DNA from: Nemertoderma westbladi
Taxonomy: Eukaryota > Animalia > Xenacoelomorpha
Length of the DNA: 64,000 bases
Direction of reading: 5' to 3'
Assembly (NCBI GenBank): GCA_032718475.1
Contig: JAUCBJ010003147.1
Coordinates: 1-64,000 of the forward strand
The notes under the pieces were generated by a model, which did not search any database, was not told where the DNA came from, and saw nothing but the letters and a program-made list of their open reading frames with translations. Within the stretch, counting starts at the first letter, position 1; the number at the start of each line of letters is the position of its first letter. Both the position numbers and the translations under genes were made by a program. Shown in pieces: positions 27,601 to 37,048 of this stretch.

Positions 27601-30600
27601 TCGGTGCTTTAAAACTGAAAATATAAAATATTTTGTTTTAACTAATTCATATTTTCCCATTTAAATAAAGTTTATTTTATATAATTATTAATATTCCATA
27701 CGAATGGTAACTTAATTATTTGTTTAAATTTTAAAGACTATTTTATTCCATAATTTTTAATTTATAGCGTTTATTTTAAAATATTTAATTTAACTAACAG
27801 TTAATTATATAATCAACATCAATTATTATTTTTATTTTAGTTCACTAAACCAACTAAACGAAAGGGAGGCCAAACGTGTTCCTATTGTCAAGGACGTTGC
27901 GGGAAGAGGTCGCATAAGAAACAAACCTGTATTATGAGACTCTTCCATGAGAGTAAGGATATATGGGTGGCAAATATGGATGCGGGCATTCTTCTGGAAG
28001 TAGTACAGGACGCTGAGATGGACGAAATGGCCGCAGAGCCAGAGAGTACTGCTGATATGGACGCGGAATTCTTACAGGATATCGAACACGCGGAATTCTT
28101 ACAGGATATCGAGATGTTCGATATCGAGGCCGCCGAGAGTGGCGCTGTCCAGACCGGCCGCGTATCTGATCCAGAACCGATGGTTAGTTAACTTAAATAT
28201 ATCCTAAGCTATATTTACTAAATAACCCATAATATTGTCTATATTTCGGCGCACACGTACTGCATCCTATATACACGTTTGTACCATGTACAAATGTAGT
28301 GCGTGGATGTACACATGTAGTACATGGATGTACACATGTAGTACATGGATGTACACATGTACACATGCAGAATACACATGTGGTACATGGATGTACACTA
28401 GAGTTGCAACAGAGACCTGTTTTTCTTAATCCCGGTAAACCAGAGCCCTACCCAGAGAATTATTTTGAAAAATACCGGAGACCAGAGCCAGAGATCAGAG
28501 ACTTGGCTTATTTTTGTTCTTCCATTTTGATTAGTCCCATAAAGCACAAACAGGTACATATGGATGGACTGAAACTATTTTTATATGGTTGAATTACAGT
28601 AACTCCAACCCATATGAACCCTTACCAATTGAAATAAAATAAGCGCACGTACAGTTTACTTAATTAATATTAATTTGGTTATTTGTTTATTAATTCGTTC
28701 TTATTTTGTCATTGTTAATAATATGTTACATAAATTTGTTTTGCGCCATAGGTACCGGTACTTTGTTAAGTAAAGGCACTTATTTTACAATTGTTCAAAT
28801 CATATACATTTCAATAGACTATAAACTTAGTAAATTACGAATACAGTGCACAGGTATGGTACTCTACTCGCCCCATATGCAAGCCTCGTTACGCTCGTTC
28901 TCTTCATTTGGTCTTCATATTATCTATCCTACAACAAGTTGAACGGAGATCAGCCCTTTCTTTCACTTTTAAACATTATGGGTGCTCAAATTAAGCACCT
29001 TTATCCTTAAATAAGAACGACCTTTAGGTGCTAATTTAATTTAAAATTAAACGCACCTTAAATTAATAAATGTAAATATAATTATTATCGGTACATTTAG
29101 TTTGAGTCAGATTTAGAGTTAGATTAAAAACAGTGTAAAAGTGAATGTATAATTTTGTTGAAGCTGAGTATTAAAAATAAAAATTAAAGAAATTATTAAT
29201 TGTAAAAAATTTGTGAAAAATAATCTTCATTTCACATTTTGTGTTGTACAGGATCTATTTTTAAATATCTATTTTTAATTTGTAAAATCACTGATCTCTG
29301 GGTAAAATGTCTGTTTTCAATACCCGGGAACCAGAGACCCATCCAGAGACTAAAAAATTACCCGGAGAATCCAGAGATCAGTGACAGGTCTCTGTTTCAA
29401 CTCAATGTACACATGTGGTACATGGATGTACACATGTGGTACATGGATGTACACATGTGGTACATGGATGTACACATGTGGTACATGGATGTACACATGT
29501 GGTACATGGATGTACACATGTGGTACATGGATGTACACATGTGGTACATGGATGTACACATGTGTTACATGGATGTACACATGCGGTACATGGATGTACA
29601 CATGTAGTACATGGATGTACACATGTACCGCACCCTATATACACGATTGTACCATGTACAAATGTAGTACGTGGATGTACACATGTAGTACATGGATGTA
29701 CACATGTAGTACATGGATGTACACATGTACACATGCAGAATACACATGTGGTACATGGATGTACACATGTGGTACATGGATGTACACATGTGGTACATGG
29801 ATGTACACATGTGGTACATGGATGTACACATGTGGTACATGGATGTACACATGTGGTACATGGATGTACACATGTGGTACATGGATGTACACATGTGGTA
29901 CATGGATGTACACATGTGGTACATGGATGTACACATGTGGTACATGGATGTACACCTGTGGTACATGGATGTATACATGTGGTACATGGATGTACACATG
30001 TGGTACATGGATGTACACATGTGGTACATGGATGTACACATGTGGTACATGGATGTACACATGTGGTACATGGATGTACACATGTGGTACATGGATGTAC
30101 ACATGTGGTACATGGATGTACACATGTGGTACATGGTTGTACACATGTGGTACATGGTTGTACACATGTGGTACATGGATGTACACATGTGGTACATGGA
30201 TGTACACATGTGGTACATGGATGTACACATGTGGTACATGATGTACACATGTGGTACATGGATGTACACATGTGGTACATAGATGTACACATGTGGTACA
30301 TGGATGTACGCATGTGGTACATGGATGTACACATGTGGTACATGGATGTACACATGTGGTACATGGATGTACACATGTGGTACATGGATGTACACATGTG
30401 GTACATGGATGTACACATGTGGTACATGGATGTACACATGTGGTACATGGATGTACACATGTGGTACATGGATGTACACATGTGGTACATGGATGTACAC
30501 ATGTGGTACATGGATGTACACATGTGGTACATGGATGTACACATGTGGTACATGGATGTACACATGTGGTACATGGATGTACACATATGGTACATGGATG

Positions 30601-33600
30601 TACACATGTGGTACATGGATGGTACATGGGTGTACACATGTAGTGCATGGATGTACACATGTAGTGCATGGATGTACACATGTAGTGCATGGATGTACAC
30701 ATGTAGTGCATGGATGTACACATGTAGTGCATGGATGTACACATGTAGTGCATGGATGTACACATGTAGTGCATGGATGTACACATGTAGTGCATGGATG
30801 TACACATGTAGTGCATGGATGTACACATGTAGTGCATGGATGTACACATGTAGTGCATGGATGTACACATGTAGTGCATGGATGTACACATGTAGTGCAT
30901 GGATGTACACATGTAGTGCATGGATGTACACATGTAGTGCATGGATTTACACATGTAGTTCATGGATTTACACATGTAGTTCATGGATTTACACATGTAG
31001 TTCATGGATGTACACATGTAGTTCATGGATGTACACATGTAGTTCATGGATGTACACATGTAGTGCATGGATGTACACATGTAGTGCATGGATGTACACA
31101 TGTAGTGCATGGATGTACACATGTAGTGCATGGATGTACACATGTAGTGCATGGATGTACACATGTAGTGCATGGATGTACACATGTAGTGCATGGATGT
31201 ACACATGTAGTGCATGGATGTACACATGTAGTGCATGGATGTACACATGTAGTGCATGGATGTACACATGTAGTGCATGGATGTACACATGTAGTACACT
31301 GGATGTACACATGTAGTACACTGGATGTACACATGTAGTACACTGGATGTACACATGTAGTACACTGGATGTACACATGTAGTACACTGGATGTACACAT
31401 GTAGTACACGTACACATGTAGTACAGTACACGTACACATGGAGTACAGTACACGTACACATGGAGTACAGTACACGTACACATGGAGTACAGTACACGTA
31501 CACATGGAGTACAGTACACGTACACATGGAGTACAGTACACGTACACATGGAGTACACTACACGTACACATGTAGTTCACTACACGTACACATGTAGTAC
31601 ACTGGATGTACACATGTAGTACACTGGATGTACACATGTAGTACACTGGATGTACACATGTAGTACACTGGATGTACACATGTAGTACACTGGAAGTACA
31701 CATGTAGTACACTGGATGTACACATGTAGTACACTGGATGTACACATGTAGTACACTGGATGTACACATGTAGTACACTGGATGTACACATGTAGTACAC
31801 TGGATGTACACATGTAGTACATGGGTGTACACATGTAGTACATGGGTGTACACATGTAGTACATGGGTGTACACATGTAGTACATGGATGCACACATGTA
31901 GTACATGGATGCACACATGTAGTACATGGATGCACACATGTAGTACATGGATTTACACATGTAGTACAGTAATACACGTACACATGGAGTACAGTAATAC
32001 ACGTACACATGGAGTACACTACACGTACACATGTAGTACACTACACGTACACATGTAGTACACTGGATGTACACATGTAGTACACTGGATGTACACATGT
32101 AGTACACTGGATGTACACATGTAGTACACTACACGTACACATGTAGTACACTACACGTACACATGTAGTACAGTACACGTACACATGTAGTACAGTACAC
32201 GTACACATGTAGTACAGTACACGTACACATGGAGTACAGTACACGTACACATGGAGTACAGTACACGTACACATGGAGTACAATAATACACGTACACATG
32301 GAGTACAGTAATACACGTACACATGGAGTACACTACACGTACACATGGAGTACACTACACGTACACATGTAGTACACTACACGTACACATGTAGTACACT
32401 GGATGTACACATGTAGTACACTGGATGTACACATGTAGTACACTGGATGTACACATGTACAGTACACGTACACATGGAGTACAGTACACGTACACATGGA
32501 GTACAGTACACGTACACATGGAGTACAGTACACGTACACATGGAGTACAGTACACGTACACATGGAGTACAGTACACGTACACATGGAGTACAGTACACG
32601 TACACATGGAGTACACTACACGTACACATGTAGTACACTACACGTACACATGTAGTACACTACACGTACACATGTAGTACACTACACGTACACATGTAGT
32701 ACAGTACACGTACACATGTAGTACAGTACACGTACACATGTAGTACAGTACACGTACACATGGAGTACAGTACACGTACACATGGAGTACAGTAATACAC
32801 GTACACATGGAGTACAGTAATACACGTACACATGGAGTACACTACACGTACACATGTAGTACACTGGATGTACACATGTAGTACATGGGTGTACACATGT
32901 AGTACATGGATGCACACATGTAGTACATGGATGCACACATGTAGTACATGGATGCACACATGTAGTACATGGATTTACACATGTAGTACATGGATTTACA
33001 CATGTAGTACATGGATTTACACATGTAGTACATGGATTTACACATGTAGTACATGGATTTACACATGTAGTACATGGATTTACACATGTAGTACATGGAT
33101 TTACACATGTAGTACATGGATTTACACATGTAGTATTTCCGGTAGCTATCATAGTATAATTAATTGTAATTAACACTTAATTTTTTTTCCTTTTAGGATA
33201 CGGATACAAACACTCCAATTCGTTTAGATTCATTAAGAACACGTATCCTTTTGGGACCCACCTGCATGCTCCCTAGTGTCTCACCATTAGTCGTCCCTTC
33301 ATTCTCCCCTAGAATGGAGACTCCTGCCTTTTCACCATTGGCTAGATGTACTCCCACGTTTTCCCCACTCGTGGATGTTTCTCCTGGTGGCTACTCTGAT
33401 CAGTCGCAGTCGACGCCGGGCATTCTATCACCGTTTTTGAGGATGTCTGCAGTAGAGACGCCCCCTCGCTCACAATCCCGTCGACCAAAGCCACTGAACA
33501 TTCGTCCACGGCGGGAGCGAGGGGGTCGTATAATCGGGGTGAGTTGATATAATTTTGTAGTAAAGCTTTTGGTTGAGTCGAATGAATTAAAAGTATTTTG

Positions 33601-34361
33601 TATAGTTGTTTGTTTTTCTATGGTTTTAGTGAATGTTGATTAAGATGCTTATTGATATATATAACGAAATTGTTTCTATTTCAATTTAATGCTTTCTAAG
33701 TCTGTTATTTATTTATTTATACTGAAATTATTGTATTTTTCTGTATATTCTATAAATAATAATCACCCAATAATTACAGTTAATGAAACACAGCTAATTC
33801 AATAAGCATATTTCTATAGTCAATGAAACACACAGATTGGTGATTGCAGTATAGCTGTTTTTGTTGTGGCATTATTCGTTATTTCAGAGGTACTTACAGT
33901 TTGATTTATGTTTATTTTAGGATCCAACTGGTTCAGGAACCTGTACCCCTTTCTCCACCCCAACTATGAGTCCTCGCACAGATTCTCCCGTGTTTCGGTT
34001 TGACGATGACTCAATTCGCCGGCTTAATTCTAAGTCCGGGAAGGATACTCCTCCCCGATTTCTATCACGGCGACTATCTCCCTATGTTGTTCTATCACGT
34101 AAGGATATTGTATCAAGTCCAACACCGGATGTTGGACTAAACGCAGTACCATCTCCACCCGACGTGTTACCCAGCACAGAAATTGTACCTGGAGTGTTAC
34201 CAACCGCGCCTCGTGCAACACGACACACACCCAGTGCGGCACCACAATCTAGTTCTAGAACACCACACACATCGACCTCAACACCCCGCCCGTCGGGTGC
34301 AACAACACAGCCTTCAAATGCAAATCCGCAGCCTTCAACATCGGGCGGGGTCCCGTCAATG
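24369..34361 (+). CDS. Spliced gene with 8 coding exons (about 831 aa, 3'-incomplete): two zinc knuckles, an inactive OTU-like domain and S/P/T-rich regions; probably the N-terminal part of a Helitron-like polyprotein
   Basis: Exons 24369-24617, 25292-25543, 25807-26286, 26690-26830, 27197-27442, 27841-28182, 33197-33538 and 33921-34361. All have polypyrimidine-AG acceptors and GT(A/T/G)AGT donors, lengths divisible by 3, no stops when joined, and higher GC than the introns. Confidence 0.85.
25292..25543 (+). CDS. Coding exon 2: duplicated SP-rich motif
   Basis: PTSPSYADALRSPPR occurs twice; TTTCTAG acceptor and GTTAGT donor. Confidence 0.8.
25807..26286 (+). CDS. Coding exon 3: degenerate OTU-like cysteine protease domain
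   Basis: LDVVDIPNHPLAQLSAVS...LKQHVADFM...FAAYLLSL...INLEAIRDMEEMEITVH...IHIGVDGDRYVAF follows the OTU hydrophobic pattern; the catalytic Cys and His positions are Ala and Arg. Confidence 0.7.
26690..26830 (+). CDS. Coding exon 4 (not in the ORF track)
   Basis: VLQEAIKPMEDVHNISVATELFTTVVESDLPRRSYTVSGRLASKPPT; TGTTTAG acceptor and GTAAGT donor. Confidence 0.8.
27197..27442 (+). CDS. Coding exon 5: basic patch and (GSV/GSI)n repeat
   Basis: RTSSRKGKKKL...; TTTCCACAG acceptor and GTAAGT donor. Confidence 0.8.
27841..28182 (+). CDS. Coding exon 6: second zinc knuckle and acidic tract
   Basis: FTKPTKRKGGQTCSYCQGRCGKRSHKKQTCIMR...ANMDAG is a paralog of exon 1; TTTTAG acceptor and GTTAGT donor. 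Confidence 0.85.
28290..33135. repeat. Intronic 21/22-bp minisatellite array, interrupted by a MITE
   Basis: Unit ATGTACACATGTGGTACATGG and zoned variants; it explains the many repetitive ORFs in the track. Confidence 0.97.
28399..29404. mobile_element. Non-autonomous hAT-like MITE (about 1.0 kb)
   Basis: TIRs TAGAGTTGCAACAGAGACCTGT / ACAGGTCTCTGTTTCAACTCA; 8-bp TSD ATGTACAC at 28391-28398 and 29405-29412; subterminal CCAGAG repeats at both ends. Confidence 0.85.
33197..33538 (+). CDS. Coding exon 7: SP/TP-rich
   Basis: DTDTNTPIRLDSLRTRILLGPTCMLPSVSPL...; TCCTTTTAG acceptor and GTGAGT donor. Confidence 0.8.
33921..34361 (+). CDS. Coding exon 8: S/T/P-rich
   Basis: DPTGSGTCTPFSTPTMSPRTDSP...GGVPSM; TTATTTTAG acceptor and GTGAGT donor. 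Confidence 0.8.
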
Positions 34362-34393
34362 GTGAGTTTTATGCTAATTTAATTAATCATATT

Positions 34394-35461
34394 GTGAATC
34401 AATTGTCACGTAATTATGTAAGTGAATCAATTCCCATGTAATTATGTAAGTGAATCAATTGCCACGTTATTATGTAAGTGAATCAATTGTCGCGCAATTA
34501 TGTAAGTGATTCAATTGTCGCGCAATTATGTAAGTGAATCAATTGTCACGTAATTATGTGAGATAATGAATTGTCATGTAATTATGTTAGTGAATAAATT
34601 GTCATGTAATTATGTAAATGAATAAATTGTCGCGCAATTATGTAAGTGAATCAATTGTCACGTAATTATGTAAATGAATCAATTGTCATGTAATTATGTA
34701 AGTGAATCAATTGTCACGTAATTATGTGAGATAATGAATTGTCATGTAATTATGTTAGTGAATAAATTGTCATGTAATTATGTAAATGAATCAATTGTCG
34801 CGCAATTATGTAAGTGAATCAATTGTCGCGCAATTATGTAAGTGCATTTGTCACGTTATTATGTAAGTGAAACAGTGAATCAATTGTCACGTAATTATGT
34901 AAGTGAATCAATTGTTACGTTATGTAAGTGAATCAATTGTCACGCAATTATGTAAGTGAATCAATTGTCACGTAATTATGTAAGTGAATCAATTGTCACG
35001 TTATAATGTAAGTGAATCAATTGTCACGTAATTATGTGAGATAATGAATTGTCATGTAATTATGTTAGTGAATAAATTGTCATGTAATTATGTAAATGAA
35101 TCAATTGTCGCGCAATTATGTAAGTGAATCAATTGTCGCGCAATTATGTAAGTGCATTTGTCACGTTATTATGTAAGTGAAACAGTGAATCAATTGTCAC
35201 GTAATTATGTAAGTGAATCAATTGTTACGTTATGTAAGTGAATCAATTGTCACGCAATTATGTAAGTGAATCAATTGTCACGTAATTATGTAAGTGAATC
35301 AATTGTCACGTAATTATGTAAGTGAATCAATTGTCACGTTATTATGTAAGTGAATCAATTGTCACGTTATAATGTAAGTGAATCAATTGTCGCGCAATTA
35401 TGTAAGTGAATCAATTGTCACGTAATTATGTGAGATAATGAATTGTCATGTAATTATGTAA
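34394..35461. repeat. 28-bp minisatellite
   Basis: Unit GTGAATCAATTGTCACGTAATTATGTAA. Confidence 0.96.
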
Positions 35462-37048
35462 GACAATCAAGTCTCACACATAGATCTCGTTTTACGTAGA
35501 ATTTGTAATACCCAAAGACCTTTTGGAGGAAAGTTATTTATTGGCTGTGGAGATCACAAACAGCTAGAGCCAGTTGAGGGTAGAGTTGTCTGGCTTAGTA
35601 CACACTTTTTAACAACCTTTAAAGTAGCTGTTTGTAGACATTTTGTCCGTAGTGCCAACGATCAAGAATTACAGCTTGTTATAAATATCTTGCGGTCAAC
35701 AAATCCATCTCCAAATGAAATTGATCAAATGATTAATATCCTAAAGAGGCGTTGCAATTTTGTTGATACCTGGGAAGATGTCCCAGATGATGTGTTAAAG
35801 GTTGTAGGCACTAGGGCTGGTGAGCAGGAGGTATTAAAGAAATATCTGGACCGGCACCGAAATGAGTACGGAACTGTAATTATTGATAGTATTGATCAGG
35901 TCAATAACGGTAATCCAGCGGAGGAGCAATCTTGGAAAGAAACGCAAGCTACAAACATTATTACCTCAATAACAAAGTCTTGTCGTGAACCAAGACAATT
36001 GGTGTTATTTCTTAATCAGATTCTCCGATTTACATTTAATCGTTATTCTGTGCAACCACAATTTTCAAATGGTCAATTACTCTTTGTTACAAAGGTACCC
36101 ACTGATAGAACAGATAGATTACATGGGGCTATTGTCCCTAAAGGTTGCCGCCGTGTCAATTCAGAGGTTGCACAAACCTGGCCTATCGTTAAACTAGAGC
36201 AGCGTAAAATGCCCCCTCCTACTACTGTTGGTTATGGTAGGAATACTATCATGGGGAGGCGAATACAATATCCTGTACGTTATTTTGGAGCGAGCACTAT
36301 TCATGGTGTTCAAGGTCAAGGTACACCTTCTATAGCAACCCAGATAACTATGGACAAACAGAGTACATATAAAATTTGGCTTAAAACCCAAGTAACAACT
36401 TTAATCTCAAGAGTATATTTCCTTGACCAATTTACGTTTGTTGGGCCCACGGATGAAACTTTTAATTGTGTTAGGGTTTTAGCTAATAGAAAATCTCCAA
36501 ATCAAGAGTATGTAGATCAGTTACTGCATAGTCTCAATATTCTTGATGGGCCACCACAGGAGCCAATAGCACTTGCTGACCATCCTTTCTTGCCATACTA
36601 TATCGACATTCCTTCATCCCATACGGGATTTGTATATATGTTGATTAGCGTCAGATTTCCTAATGTTGTTACTTATATAGGGCAAACTGAGGAACTGAAA
36701 GCTCGGTTAAATGCTCACCAGAATAAGACAGGGTCTGAATTCACAAGAAATCCAGCCTACCATCCCTGGGCGCTTTATGCATTTGTAAGTGGCTTTCCTG
36801 GTGAAGCAAAGAGTGCACTCAATACTGATTACCGTAAGGAATTTGAGACTCAATGGCACCATGATACTGATACCAACAGAAGTGGTGGTAATACAACTCA
36901 TAGTAGAGAATATATCTATAACATTGGGATTGAGATTGTACGTCAGTATAACACTGATCATTTATATCATGATGAAAATGAAGATCCTCAGAAATTTGAA
37001 TTGATAATGGTTCAATGTCAACGTATAAATGTTATTGCCAATGAATAA
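35462..37048 (+). CDS. PIF1-family (SF1B) helicase C-terminal part fused to an SLX1-type GIY-YIG endonuclease; 5'-truncated, possibly a pseudogene
   Basis: The open frame extends 228 nt upstream of the track ORF. It contains IDLVLRRICNTQRPFGGKLFIGCGDHKQLEPV (motif III), HFVRS (IV), ASTIHGVQGQG (V) and QVTTLISRV (VI), then GFVYMLIS..TYIGQT..ARLNAHQ..HPWALYAFVSGF..EFETQW (GIY-YIG, about 36626-36860). Walker A and B are absent. Confidence 0.9.
   Translation, partial: DNQVSHIDLVLRRICNTQRPFGGKLFIGCGDHKQLEPVEGRVVWLSTHFLTTFKVAVCRHFVRSANDQELQLVINILRSTNPSPNEIDQMINILKRRCNFVDTWEDVPDDVLKVVGTRAGEQEVLKKYLDRHRNEYGTVIIDSIDQVNNGNPAEEQSWKETQATNIITSITKSCREPRQLVLFLNQILRFTFNRYSVQPQFSNGQLLFVTKVPTDRTDRLHGAIVPKGCRRVNSEVAQTWPIVKLEQRKMPPPTTVGYGRNTIMGRRIQYPVRYFGASTIHGVQGQGTPSIATQITMDKQSTYKIWLKTQVTTLISRVYFLDQFTFVGPTDETFNCVRVLANRKSPNQEYVDQLLHSLNILDGPPQEPIALADHPFLPYYIDIPSSHTGFVYMLISVRFPNVVTYIGQTEELKARLNAHQNKTGSEFTRNPAYHPWALYAFVSGFPGEAKSALNTDYRKEFETQWHHDTDTNRSGGNTTHSREYIYNIGIEIVRQYNTDHLYHDENEDPQKFELIMVQCQRINVIANE

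Larger units (their letters stand above)
20985..37048. mobile_element. Internal region of a large Helitron2/Helentron-like element (termini not identified)
   Basis: SGNH hydrolase, zinc knuckles, an OTU-like domain, a PIF1 helicase with C-terminal endonuclease and embedded tandem repeats occur together; no HUH Rep domain is seen. Confidence 0.6.

Noticed and set aside
29239-33176. Long ORFs up to 633 aa (MYTCGTW, VVHGCTH, HVYIHVP repeats)
   Set aside because: They are translations of a 21-bp repeat that is open in several frames on both strands and lies inside an intron.
35690-35692. Track start (TTG) for the helicase ORF
   Set aside because: Helicase motifs III and IV lie upstream in the same frame, so this is not a true start.
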